DNA of 64,000 nt from contig CP122380.1 of NCBI GenBank assembly GCA_024650005.2, positions 768,001-832,000 of the forward strand. The letters run 5' to 3'. This document shows positions 22,263-32,242 of the stretch, piece by piece (positions within the stretch are counted from its first letter, which is position 1; the number at the start of each line of letters is the position of its first letter). The position numbers were made by a program, and so were the translations under genes. Origin of the DNA: Candidatus Bathyarchaeum tardum. GTDB taxonomy: Archaea; Thermoproteota; Bathyarchaeia; Bathyarchaeales; Bathyarchaeaceae. A model generated the notes under the pieces. The model saw nothing but the letters and a program-made list of their open reading frames with translations, did not search any database and was not told the origin of the DNA.

Positions 22263-23075
22263 TTAGAACATAGCGTCTTTTAATGCTGAACCGCAAGTGC
22301 ACTCTCGTTTTTTAGGCACTTGTGGAATGGCTTCTAGAATCAGTTTTTTGAGTTTTTCGTTGCTTTCTTGGGCTTTTTCGATCACTTCTTTTGTAGAAAC
22401 TGGGCTGTCTGCCCAAACATCGTAATCAGTAACCATGCAAATGGAAACGTAACACATTTCTGCTTCTCGGGCTAAAACACATTCAGGGTACACGGTCATT
22501 CCTACTATGTCGGCGTTCCATGTTTGGAACAATCTGGATTCTGCACGGGTTGAAAATCGTGGACCTTCGACACAAACGTAAGTTCCAGTTTTTTTTGCAT
22601 CTATTCCGATGGCTTGAGCTTTTTGGATGAAATATTGTCTGAGTTGTTCACAGAATGGATCTGCCGAGGAAATGTGGCAGACTTGTCCGCCTTCATAAAA
22701 GGTATCTAACCGTTTTTTTGTTCGGTCAATGAACTGGTCGGGAACTACGAAGGTTCCTGGTCCATAATCTTCTCGTAGGCTGCCTACTGCTGCAGAAGCA
22801 ATTATTCTTTGAACTCCTAACTGTTTTAGTGCCCAAACATTAGCCCGATAGTTAACTCGATGAGGCGGAATCGTGTGGTTTTTGCTATGTCTTGCAATAA
22901 ATGCTACTTTAGTGTTTTTGTAATTACCAATGGAAACAAGATCAGATGTTTCACCAAAAGGAGTAAAAATCTTTACTTCTTTTATGTCTTCAAAACTTTC
23001 TTGATCATACACACCCGTTCCGCCAATTATTCCAATTTCTACAGTTTCTGTTACCGCCAAACTGTTCACTTCCAA
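22263..23075 (-). CDS. mtnP: S-methyl-5'-thioadenosine phosphorylase
   Basis: GIIGGTG, RH...H.IPPH.VNYRAN, EGPRFSTRAES, VGMT, VTDYD. Confidence 0.93.
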   Translation of the reverse strand: MEVNSLAVTETVEIGIIGGTGVYDQESFEDIKEVKIFTPFGETSDLVSIGNYKNTKVAFIARHSKNHTIPPHRVNYRANVWALKQLGVQRIIASAAVGSLREDYGPGTFVVPDQFIDRTKKRLDTFYEGGQVCHISSADPFCEQLRQYFIQKAQAIGIDAKKTGTYVCVEGPRFSTRAESRLFQTWNADIVGMTVYPECVLAREAEMCYVSICMVTDYDVWADSPVSTKEVIEKAQESNEKLKKLILEAIPQVPKKRECTCGSALKDAMF

Positions 23076-23413
23076 TCTTTAACGTATTACGGTTAGATTT
23101 AATTTAAAAGTAATTCTAAATGCATTTAATCGTTCACAAATCACATTTTTGGAATTCTTAGTTCTCTCAATTTAATCGCCATTCGCTTTAACTGCTATTA
23201 TGGGGTTTTAGATTTATTGCAATTAACAGTATTCAATAGTTTCAATAGATGTTATATATCCATCTTAATGAAATAAATAGATTTGATTCAATAAATTAAA
23301 TCTACATGAGTTATAAACGGCAGGATACGGATTACAATTCAACTCCGTGAAACAGAAAAAGCAACACGTTTTTTTATTTAATTATTAATGTATACTTGAG
23401 GTGAAAACTGAAT

Positions 23414-24373
23414 ATGGTATATGAAGCACCACGATATAATCCAAATCCTAAAGTTGTAATTGCTTTAGTCGCAGTTATTGTAGCTGCAGTCGTTTTCGTA
23501 TCTGTCTTTGTATTGACTATGTGGGTTAACGTGCCTGTAGGCAGTGCAGTCGTAATGGTTGACCCCTTAAGTGGACAAATTAGCGACCCAATTATGGGTC
23601 CTGCATGGGCGACCAAAGCTCCATGGGTTGATGCAGTAGAAATAACGGTTGCTGTGGACACTCTGGGAATGTGGGGTGACGGATACGACCGCACCGCAGA
23701 TTTTCCAACTGTAAAAAGTTTTTCTAGAGACCAGCTGGAAATGGAAATTGACATAACGATTCGTTGGAGACTTGACCCCTCGAAAATTAAACAATTGTAT
23801 GAGAATCTGCCTCAAAAGAACTGGAAAGAAGATATAATATCTTCCATTGCGCGAGAACAAGTCCGAATCGTTACAAAAGATTTCAACACAATTCAAACAA
23901 TCGAACAAAGGGACTACGTAGCACAAACAATTCGAGATGCAATATGGAACAAAATTAGTTTATCTGCACCTCTTGCTGGAGCAATAACAGACTTCGAATT
24001 TGAACTCAGAAACATAGGATACCCCGCCACTTATACGACGGCAATTGAAGCAAAACTGGTCGCAGAACAACAAAAGATTCAAGCAGACTTTGAACGCCAA
24101 ATAGTAGTTATTGAAGCTACAGCAACTGCAGAAAAAATAACAATTGAAGCCGCTGCAAACGCAAACGCAACAGTTATTGAAGCAAATGCGACAAAAGAAG
24201 CTATACAACTTGTTCTTGAAGCTGCAGGAGCAGATCCAAACAATAGCACCCGACTTGCAGAACTTTATCTTACTGTGCAGACACTTCAACAAATCGCTCC
24301 AGACATTGACATGCTGATAATGGCACCTGATGGAACACCAATACTGCTTCCTTCCACAAACACGAGAGATTAG
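23414..24373 (+). CDS. SPFH/band 7 (prohibitin-like) membrane protein
   Basis: N-terminal TM, SPFH core, AIEAKLVAEQQ coiled coil. Confidence 0.85.
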   Translation: MVYEAPRYNPNPKVVIALVAVIVAAVVFVSVFVLTMWVNVPVGSAVVMVDPLSGQISDPIMGPAWATKAPWVDAVEITVAVDTLGMWGDGYDRTADFPTVKSFSRDQLEMEIDITIRWRLDPSKIKQLYENLPQKNWKEDIISSIAREQVRIVTKDFNTIQTIEQRDYVAQTIRDAIWNKISLSAPLAGAITDFEFELRNIGYPATYTTAIEAKLVAEQQKIQADFERQIVVIEATATAEKITIEAAANANATVIEANATKEAIQLVLEAAGADPNNSTRLAELYLTVQTLQQIAPDIDMLIMAPDGTPILLPSTNTRD

Positions 24374-24483
24374 CAATAGCTTTCCCTTTTTTCTTTTTTT
24401 CTTTGTTTGTTTTGAGGAACAAACATAAATTATGAAGTAACATCTTAGTTTTCAAGACAACCTCAAATCGGAGATAGGCACAT

Positions 24484-25050
24484 TTGGGCTTCTTTAAAAT
24501 GTTCAAAAAACCAAAAACTGAAGTCAAACTTGAGCTTAAAAAAACTTCAATGCCTTTGGGCTCAAAAACAGTTGCAACTATCACAGTATCGTCAAAAGAA
24601 GAATTTGATGCAACCGAAATACGGGCAGAGCTCCGATGTATCGAAAAAGTTCGACGAGAACGATGGTTATACAATGAAAGACTAAGGCGTAACGTACGAC
24701 ATGTGTATTGGGATTCAGCAACTTTAGTTTGTGAAGACCTGAAAGCTAACGGTTCAATACACATTGTTCCGGGATTCAAAAAGAAGTTTGAAATCAAGGT
24801 TCACATCTCTACAAGCGGACGTGAAACATTCGATGGAATCGACAGGAACGTTTCATGGTTAATAAAAGGCGTAGTAGCAGTAAACGGTCGTCCTGACGCA
24901 GTAAGTGAAACAACTAAGCTACAAATATTCCGACCTTCAGGCACAGCAAATAAGGAAGAAATAGAAATGGTGCCATGTGAATACTGCCGAGCATTAATAC
25001 CAGTAACCTCTAGTGCATGCCCAATATGTGGAGCACCCCGAAAAAGCTAA
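24484..25050 (+). CDS. Arrestin/SpoOM-like protein with C-terminal zinc ribbon
   Basis: Beta-rich body; CEYC...CPICG at the C-terminus. Confidence 0.6.
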   Translation: MGFFKMFKKPKTEVKLELKKTSMPLGSKTVATITVSSKEEFDATEIRAELRCIEKVRRERWLYNERLRRNVRHVYWDSATLVCEDLKANGSIHIVPGFKKKFEIKVHISTSGRETFDGIDRNVSWLIKGVVAVNGRPDAVSETTKLQIFRPSGTANKEEIEMVPCEYCRALIPVTSSACPICGAPRKS

Positions 25051-25146
25051 ATTCGGAATATGTGGATTTTCTGGCAAAGTTTCCAAAAGGTGATTGATGA
25101 TTATTAGTTAGATACTAAGCATATGATTCACTGAAAGCGGTAGTCT

Positions 25147-25608
25147 CTAGGTAAACAGGTCAAATTTTGGTGGAAGCAAAGAGTGTTCATTATTGGAAAG
25201 GGCAAAAGAAATTTTTTGAATGCTAGGATATTTTTTAATTGCAGTGATTTTTTCAGAAAGGTCGTTAAAACTTTTGAACATTAACTCGGCGTAAGCTTCA
25301 AAATCACCTAACGAACTCGAAACCAGGTAAACCCCCCGAGTTTGTCTTAGCAGGTTAACAGTTTCAGAAACTCTTGTTCCCGAAGAAGTTTTTATGAACA
25401 AATACGCAACTCCCACGTACCCGAGTTTTTTCGTATCAACCCGAATTGAAGCGTAGATTATCTGCTTTTTCTTCATCGAATGATATCGTCTAATTACAGT
25501 TTGAGTAGCCACACCTATTTTCTTTGCAATTTTACTGAAGGGTTGCCGAGCATCCTTTGACAATTCAGACAAAATTAAAACATCAATTTGATCCATGATT
25601 ATCACCAT
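25147..25608 (-). CDS. Lrp/AsnC family transcriptional regulator
   Basis: DQIDVLILSELSKDARQPFSKIAKKIG HTH; LGDFE. Confidence 0.9.
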   Translation of the reverse strand: MVIIMDQIDVLILSELSKDARQPFSKIAKKIGVATQTVIRRYHSMKKKQIIYASIRVDTKKLGYVGVAYLFIKTSSGTRVSETVNLLRQTRGVYLVSSSLGDFEAYAELMFKSFNDLSEKITAIKKYPSIQKISFALSNNEHSLLPPKFDLFT

Positions 25609-25611
25609 TGC

Positions 25612-26073
25612 TTAAATAATGTTTTCAACAAACAAAAAATTCTTATCAAGATTCGTTGAAATTTTGATTTTTTCTACCCCAGGAATTTTTTTTATTCGGT
25701 CTTGAATTCCTTTGATTTCATCAATATTACGGGTGTAAGCTACAGCGAAAATGTCGTAATTTCCAATTACTGGAATGCATTCCATGATGGTTTTTATTTT
25801 TTTGATTTTTTCTGTCACCTCTTTTTCGTAAGATTGATTGATCAAGTCAATTGTTATTGCAAGCGCAAACATTTTTTCATTTTCTGACAAATCAAGAACA
25901 AGAGTTGTCCCTGCAATAACGCCCATTTTCTTTAATTTATTGAACCGCTTCACCACGGCGACAACTGAAACATCCAGTTCTTTAGCAATATCCGAAAAAC
26001 TAGTTCGAACATCAACAAGCAACTTTTTCAGCATTATTTTATCTATATCATCTAACAAATCCTGCACGTCCAA
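25612..26073 (-). CDS. Lrp/AsnC family transcriptional regulator
   Basis: DDIDKIMLKKLLVDVRTSFSDIAKEL HTH; IGNYDI. Confidence 0.9.
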   Translation of the reverse strand: MDVQDLLDDIDKIMLKKLLVDVRTSFSDIAKELDVSVVAVVKRFNKLKKMGVIAGTTLVLDLSENEKMFALAITIDLINQSYEKEVTEKIKKIKTIMECIPVIGNYDIFAVAYTRNIDEIKGIQDRIKKIPGVEKIKISTNLDKNFLFVENII

Positions 26074-26280
26074 TATTTTTTAATGTTCAAGTGTCATCAG
26101 CTGAATATAATAAATTCAAAATATAATAAACCATATTTAGCTTTTATGGTTTAATATTTTTATTTTTTTATTGCTAAAGGTAAATATTATATACATTTTA
26201 ATTCGATAGATGTCTTTTATGAACGTGAAAAAATGAAAATAACCAAAATTTTCTCCCCTTCTTTTTTTGCTGTAGTATTT

Positions 26281-26410
26281 AAAAAAAATCAAGGGCTGAA
26301 AAGGCTCAAGCACAAAAAATGAAAAACTAAACAAAGTGATAGTAGCAAAGTTTTTTCATTTTAACACCTTTGGATGGTGCAAGATCCTCAGCTAACCCTG
26401 TTTCTTTTCA
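26281..26410 (+). repeat. BHB-forming ~125-nt element, copy 1 (slightly degenerate)
   Basis: About 100 nt nearly identical to the reverse complement of 29255-29379; folds gg/GCUG/AAA/AGGCUC ... GAUCCU/CAGC/UAA/cc. Confidence 0.85.
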
Positions 26411-26487
26411 GAATGAAAACAAAGTTTAGGAGTATCCAAAGACGACCAAAAAACAGTTGATTAACCATTGAAACAAATATTATTTAA

Positions 26488-27603
26488 TTAAAATTTTAGT
26501 TTGAATCCAATTTTTCGAAATGTTCGATTGCTAGTTATGATATGGAATATTCGGGATAAAAATGGGTTTACATCCACAATAACACGTGTTCTGGGTTCAC
26601 ATTTAGCGTTCCAAGTTTGAACGAGTGGAAGATTTGTGATGAAATCTATCTTTTTAACAGATTTATTTTTGTAAGTTTCACGAATTACAGAATTCATCAA
26701 AAATTTGCCTGCACCAAATTTTCGAAAAAGCCAATTAAAGGAAGTTTTCAGAAAAATCGATACGTCATTATGAAGAAAAACAATTTGATAAGCTATCGCT
26801 TTTCCGTTAACCTCTAAAAACCAAACTTCTGATGCATAAGGAGTGTTGGTTCCTTCAAAACTTTGAGAAGACTCTAAAAATATTCTAAGCATAAAGTCTT
26901 CTTTTATGTCGTTTTTCTCTCTCCAAGTTTCCTTCCAACTTTTTTGTTCAATTTTAAAAACAGTTTTAATAGATTCAGCATTAATTGGAACACAAACAAT
27001 TTTCCAAGAACCAAAATCATCAAGACGCCTCTTATTTCTTTGAAATTCTTTTCGTACTTCATTTTTTAATGAAGAATAAAAAAGATTATAACTCCCCTCC
27101 AACGGAATTACAGCTCGACCTAGATCTTGTTTTTTGTTGATTTTTAGTTTCTTTTTTAAACATTCCTCTTCAAATCGTTTCAAATTGGGAGAACGGGAAT
27201 CAAAAGTAACAGATGCAAACCTACATCTCAATTGGGTAAATATTGCATCTACTAATAGAGCCATACATTGCTTGCGATATTTTTTTAAAAAAACAAAGTC
27301 AGAATATAGATCCTCTCTGAGACTAGAAATTTGGTTTGAATAAAAACTTCTTTTCATCTTTAAAGGTGCAATTCCAATAAGTTGGTTATTGCACCAAAAA
27401 GTGAAAATCAAAGGAGTCCAACCATTTTGTTCACAGTATTGCATGAAACTAACAAGTATTTTACTGTACAACAGTGGATTTTCTGTACGCGATACGAAAC
27501 TATTCCAAACAGTTTCTTTATCAATCACATCTTGCAAGTTAGTAATTATTTTTACATTAATTATGAATTTTTTGCCATTTTTTAACTCATATTTTGTTAT
27601 CAA
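26488..27603 (-). CDS. GNAT family protein (CelD/BcsL, Acetyltransf_6-like)
   Basis: W..F......LIGIAPL; SWK; FLEVNGKAIAY; F...FRKFGAGKFL. Confidence 0.75.
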   Translation of the reverse strand: MITKYELKNGKKFIINVKIITNLQDVIDKETVWNSFVSRTENPLLYSKILVSFMQYCEQNGWTPLIFTFWCNNQLIGIAPLKMKRSFYSNQISSLREDLYSDFVFLKKYRKQCMALLVDAIFTQLRCRFASVTFDSRSPNLKRFEEECLKKKLKINKKQDLGRAVIPLEGSYNLFYSSLKNEVRKEFQRNKRRLDDFGSWKIVCVPINAESIKTVFKIEQKSWKETWREKNDIKEDFMLRIFLESSQSFEGTNTPYASEVWFLEVNGKAIAYQIVFLHNDVSIFLKTSFNWLFRKFGAGKFLMNSVIRETYKNKSVKKIDFITNLPLVQTWNAKCEPRTRVIVDVNPFLSRIFHIITSNRTFRKIGFKLKF

Positions 27604-27953
27604 GGCGCTTCAACTAATCACATTCAAAATTTTATTCTTGCTTTGAATTATTATTGATTTCATGGAAGCCAAACAGCCCAATTTTTAATTAACTTTATGT
27701 TTTTACAGGTTAAACCAAAAATTTGACTCAAGATTTTTTTAACTAACCCAACAGGAATTCACAACACTGCGTACTAATCCCTAAAATTTTATTGGAGGCT
27801 CAACATTTTGTTAACTGTGGGTTTTTCGTGGAAACCATAATTTATGTCAAATGGTTATCTAACAGCAAATTTATTAAAAGGTTCATTATTTTATCAAATC
27901 ATCCGAAAAATTCTACAAAACCGTAAGCACAAAAACGAAAGATTGAACTAATT

Positions 27954-28661
27954 ATGGTTAGTTTTATTGAAATTGATGGGAAACTTCTGAAAGGTCATTT
28001 TGTTGAGAGGCTGAACCGTTTTTTGGCTCAAGTTGAAGTAAATGGAACAGTTGAGTCATGTTTTTTGCCAAACCCTGGGCGAATGCGTGAACTTTTGGTT
28101 CCTGGGGTTGAAGTGCTTGTTAGAGATGCAGAAAAAAAGAACAGAAAAACCAAGTTTGATTTGATTGGTGTCATGCATGAAGGGGAGCTTGTTTCTTTAG
28201 ATACGATGGTTCCCAATAAATTGGTTTTTGAGGCATTGAAAAACAAAGCTATTGAAGAGTTTAGCAGGTATAATTTTGTTAAGCCAGAGCAGGCATATGG
28301 GCATTCTAGGTTTGATTTCTTTTTGGCTAATGATGATGAAAAGTGCTTGTTGGAAATTAAGTCATGCTCCTTGGTGGAGGATGGGGTGGCGTTGTTTCCT
28401 GATGCCCCAACAACTAGGGGTAGAAGGCATTTGTTAGAGTTGATTGAAGCAAAAAAAGAAGGCTATCGGGCTTGTGTGTTGTTTGTTATTCAACGGGTTA
28501 ATGCACATGTTTTTGGTCCGAATGATAAAACAGACCCTGATTTTGGAGAAGCTTTTAGATTGGCTCTAAAGAATGGGGTTGAATCTTATGCATATTTTTC
28601 TGAGTTTGTTGGGAATAGGGTTTTTCTTAGGAATAAGGTTGTGGTAAAGCCGTCGGTTTAG
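27954..28661 (+). CDS. sfsA: DNA/RNA nuclease SfsA
   Basis: RLNRF, PNPGRMRELL, SRFDF, EIKSC, FPDAPTTRGRRHL. Confidence 0.95.
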   Translation: MVSFIEIDGKLLKGHFVERLNRFLAQVEVNGTVESCFLPNPGRMRELLVPGVEVLVRDAEKKNRKTKFDLIGVMHEGELVSLDTMVPNKLVFEALKNKAIEEFSRYNFVKPEQAYGHSRFDFFLANDDEKCLLEIKSCSLVEDGVALFPDAPTTRGRRHLLELIEAKKEGYRACVLFVIQRVNAHVFGPNDKTDPDFGEAFRLALKNGVESYAYFSEFVGNRVFLRNKVVVKPSV

Positions 28662-28920
28662 GGGGTTTGTTGCTAGTTTTGGGTATACCCATTCATCATT
28701 TATTGATTTTAAAATATGTTTGTTCAGTATAACACAATATTTATATATGAATATTTAATATTTACTTTAATTAGTGAATAAATGTGGGGTGTTGATGGAT
28801 GCAAAGAAAAATAGTAAAACCAAAACGTCCAACCAAAATCAGTGAAATTTGCAGGAAACAGTTTTCTGAACCTTGGTATTTCATTCACTACTAAAGCACA
28901 AGGATAGGAGATAATAAAAA

Positions 28921-29145
28921 ATGGAAACAATGTGTGATTTAAAGCCCGAAACAAAGGCAAACACCGCTGAACAACAAAGCATTGAATGTTTTGTCTGCAA
29001 GGGGAATGCCTTCAAAGTAACCAGGGTAACTCCAGAACTGGTTATGCTGAAATGTAAAAACTGTTCAGAAATACACATGATGTCAACCCAAACAAACAGC
29101 AAAATCATAATGTTTTGGGACGCAGAACAATTACCATACTACTAG
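28921..29145 (+). CDS. Small zinc-finger protein
   Basis: CFVC...CKNC. Confidence 0.6.
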   Translation: METMCDLKPETKANTAEQQSIECFVCKGNAFKVTRVTPELVMLKCKNCSEIHMMSTQTNSKIIMFWDAEQLPYY

Positions 29146-29254
29146 CTTACTTTTCTTGACTTTCATTTTCTATTTTCTTTTAAATAAAATCAATTTTTTG
29201 TTTTTAATTTTCTAAAAATGACTAGTAAACATTTGCTTAAATTTTTTACATCGT

Positions 29255-29379
29255 GAAAGAAATGGGTTTGCTGAGGATCTTGCACCATCCAAAGGTGTTA
29301 AAATGAAAAAACTTTGCTACTATCACTTTGTTTAGTTTTTCATTTTTTGTGCTTGATCCTTTTCAGCCCCATTTCTTTC
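29255..29379 (-). ncRNA. Candidate structured RNA with a canonical bulge-helix-bulge, copy 2
   Basis: Minus strand: 12-bp outer stem GAAAGAAAUGGG/CCCAUUUCUUUC, 4-bp central helix GCUG/CAGC, two AAA bulges each 3' of the helix, 6-bp inner stem AGGAUC/GAUCCU. Lies just downstream of the 29420 stop and its oligo-U tract. Confidence 0.55.
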
Positions 29380-29419
29380 GATTTTTCCCAAAAAAAGAGG
29401 AAAATGAGGAATTTTTAGT

Positions 29420-31990
29420 TTATTTGCGTTTTAACATCCAGTATGCAGCTACACCAATTACTGCGACCACGGTAACAGCGATGACGATTGCAATTTCAGT
29501 TGTGATCAACGGTGCTTCTGGTTCGGTTGGTTCAATAGGTGCTTCTGGGGTTTCAGGTTCTTCCGGTTCAATAGGTATTGCAGGTGTAGGTGCTTGGTCT
29601 ACAGCGAAGTATGTTGTAGATGTTGAGCCATAGTATGACGCGGAGCCTTCGAAAGTAGTTATGATCATGTATTTGCCTTCAATTTGAGGCTTGAATGAAT
29701 AACCGTAGTTGCCGTAAACATCAGTTGTTGCTGTTCCAATCCATTCGTAATGACCATTAGGGTCAACGATTTCTATTTTTACTGGAACCCCAGTTGCGTC
29801 TGCTGGGGGTGCAAATTGGTCATAAACATACATCATCCAATCGCTCATGTCTTGATCAGATATTGCAGGTACTCCATTTGGGAATCGTAGTTTGACGGCT
29901 GCACTTTCTGTTCCTGGAGAAACGTCCAGAACTGTTCCTGTAACCATAACACTGCTGCCCTGGGTTGTTATTTCTGGAGATACTCGTACGGTCATTGCTG
30001 ATGGACCTTTGCCTATTGCGTAAATTCTTTGGTCGTAATTGTCATACATTGCAATTATGCTGTCAGCAATAATTGGAGTAGATCCCCATTCACTTCCACG
30101 GATGGGCACTCTGAAAACTTGTTCACCCGTTTCTAGGTCAATACTTATGAAAGGAGCGCCACGGGGTTGAGGGTCTCGGGGGTTGTGCTCAGTGTTTTCT
30201 ATGTATAATTTTCCGCCAGCAACAAATACCGGTCGGAATCTCCAACGGTTGTTGTGCAAAACTTCTGTGTAAGGATCGGCAATATCAAAAGACCATTCTA
30301 CAGTACCAGTTTGAGCGTTGTAGCACCATACGGTTCCACCATAGTTTCCAGCAATGACTTTTCCCTCAGTGATTATGTCCCAGCTGTTACCTGATGAGTG
30401 TCCCCAATTGTCGGTGTAGTGTCGTGAAGGAGTTGGTCCCCAAATTTCTTGTCCCGTACTTAGTCTGAATCCGTAAGTTGTTCGAGTTTCTTTGGTTGAA
30501 ACGATGAACAAATCTTCTTCAACGTTCACGTCTTCAACAGAGATTAGAGCAACTCCATTAGGTATTGACCAAGTTGTATCCCACATTAGTTCTGCATCAC
30601 CATTTTGGATGTCTACACTTATGGCCCACATGTGTGCAGGGTTAGGTGCAGGTCCTCCGCGCGTGAAATCTGCTCCAAGGATTACTTCTTGGCGGTACTT
30701 GTAGGCATTTCCTGGAAGATCAGCTAATCCAGGTATCGTTATTGTCCATTCGATTCCTGCTGCAGTATCTTCTGCGTCGTAGGTTTGGCCTTGGGGTCTC
30801 CAGCTTCCTTGACTGGAAACTACTCTGCTAGAGTTCCATAGAGTTAACGTACCCGCATTTTTGTTTAAATTATAAAGGAATATCTCACCTTTTGGTCCAT
30901 AGATTTTGGTTCCACTTGGCATTCCTTCCATGCTGTATACCCATCGTCCAGTGAAAGGATCAAATGCGTGCCATGTTTGGGGTTGACCAAATCCAGGGCT
31001 TTCAGTTGCCCACAGGAAATCAAATACCCCATGGTAGTTGTATGAATCCCAGTAGAAAGTTTGACCAAAAGCAAGCCTTAGGTTTGATCCTGCTGGAGTT
31101 AACAAAGGTTTGCTCCATAACATTTCTCCGGTGTGCATATCAATGGCGTTAACCCATTGTTCTGCGTTTGTGCCGATTCCTTCAAATTGGTTGTAAAAGA
31201 GAATGCCACCAATAATTACTGGTCCGGCAGCTCCAAAGAGTCCTCCGCTTCCGAATTTTCCTTCGTAGGCGTCTCCTTGTTCAAAGCCTTGCCAAAGGCT
31301 TGTCCCTCCAGCCAGACCGCCCATGGTTAACGGTTTAGTCCATAATATGTGCGCACTTTCTGGTGCATAGTCATTATATTTTGCATTTATTGAATGGGGA
31401 TCAGGGTTTGTTGGGGGAACATATCCGAGCCAGTTTGCTGAAATGGTATACCATTCTCGGATTTGTTGGTCAATTGGACGACTCCAGTATTCATTAGGAA
31501 GAGAATGTCCAGGATAGAAAGCTATTGGGTCATCTTGAACGACAAATTCAAGTTCTTCACTGTAAGATTCTATCATTATTGTTCCAGCTGGTCCAATGTA
31601 TCCCGAAGCGGTTGTAAGGACCTGTTCAGGAAAATGGGTTCTTGCAGTATACGTTCCTAACCTGGTAGGGGTGTAAAGAACACCTGTTCCCCCTGTTGTG
31701 TCAGTTTGGATTGGCCCGAGCGTTTCGGTGTTTCCTTGAGGATCAGTTACTTCAACGGTTAATCCTGACCAGCCACCCATTTGGGTTGGTGTTGGGTACA
31801 CGCTTCCTACGTGAAACAGAAGTGGGTTGTTAACCTGTACTGGGTTTGGCATTGCGTTGATGTACGGAACAGGTTCAAATCTTAGAGGTTCTTGCCCTAC
31901 AGTAGTAGATAGGGCAATTGTTAGCAAAGATAATGATAGTATAAAAGCCATCAAAATCGTTGCTAATTTTGGTTTTCTCAGTTTTTCCAT
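29420..31990 (-). CDS. Large surface protein with PQQ-like beta-propeller repeats, Ig-like domains and C-terminal TM anchor
   Basis: Start reassigned to MEKLRKPK at 31990. Signal peptide; repeated .TG..LW/..TG.QIW motifs; PIEPEEPE linker; TM plus KRK tail. Confidence 0.85.
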   Translation of the reverse strand: MEKLRKPKLATILMAFILSLSLLTIALSTTVGQEPLRFEPVPYINAMPNPVQVNNPLLFHVGSVYPTPTQMGGWSGLTVEVTDPQGNTETLGPIQTDTTGGTGVLYTPTRLGTYTARTHFPEQVLTTASGYIGPAGTIMIESYSEELEFVVQDDPIAFYPGHSLPNEYWSRPIDQQIREWYTISANWLGYVPPTNPDPHSINAKYNDYAPESAHILWTKPLTMGGLAGGTSLWQGFEQGDAYEGKFGSGGLFGAAGPVIIGGILFYNQFEGIGTNAEQWVNAIDMHTGEMLWSKPLLTPAGSNLRLAFGQTFYWDSYNYHGVFDFLWATESPGFGQPQTWHAFDPFTGRWVYSMEGMPSGTKIYGPKGEIFLYNLNKNAGTLTLWNSSRVVSSQGSWRPQGQTYDAEDTAAGIEWTITIPGLADLPGNAYKYRQEVILGADFTRGGPAPNPAHMWAISVDIQNGDAELMWDTTWSIPNGVALISVEDVNVEEDLFIVSTKETRTTYGFRLSTGQEIWGPTPSRHYTDNWGHSSGNSWDIITEGKVIAGNYGGTVWCYNAQTGTVEWSFDIADPYTEVLHNNRWRFRPVFVAGGKLYIENTEHNPRDPQPRGAPFISIDLETGEQVFRVPIRGSEWGSTPIIADSIIAMYDNYDQRIYAIGKGPSAMTVRVSPEITTQGSSVMVTGTVLDVSPGTESAAVKLRFPNGVPAISDQDMSDWMMYVYDQFAPPADATGVPVKIEIVDPNGHYEWIGTATTDVYGNYGYSFKPQIEGKYMIITTFEGSASYYGSTSTTYFAVDQAPTPAIPIEPEEPETPEAPIEPTEPEAPLITTEIAIVIAVTVVAVIGVAAYWMLKRK

Positions 31991-32242
31991 TAAAAATTCA
32001 CCTTCAACAGTTAGTTTTGATGTAAAATGTTTATAAAATTTAGGGTCAAAACAAAAAAAATGCGAAAAACGACACCAAATGGAATAAAAAAAGTGCAAAA
32101 AATATGATAAAAACAAAAAATCAAAGGCAAATTTCACAAGAAAATAATTATCAATGGGGCAGCCTCTCAAAAAAGTTACAGATTTAAGCTTCAAATTTGA
32201 AGCAGGTATTTATTAGTTTGTTTTCCTTTCGATTTTTATATA

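Noticed and set aside
26281-29379. Composite transposon or IS with terminal inverted repeats
   Set aside because: No transposase and no target-site duplication seen; each copy is better explained as a gene 3'-associated element.
29255-29379. Intron-containing or split tRNA, or C/D box sRNA
   Set aside because: The flanks do not form tRNA arms (no T-loop or D-loop motifs), and there is no convincing C/D box pair.
31991-32194. N-terminal extension of the 924-aa ORF
   Set aside because: Low-complexity Phe-rich translation of promoter DNA; the signal peptide and a GGTGA RBS point to ATG 31990.
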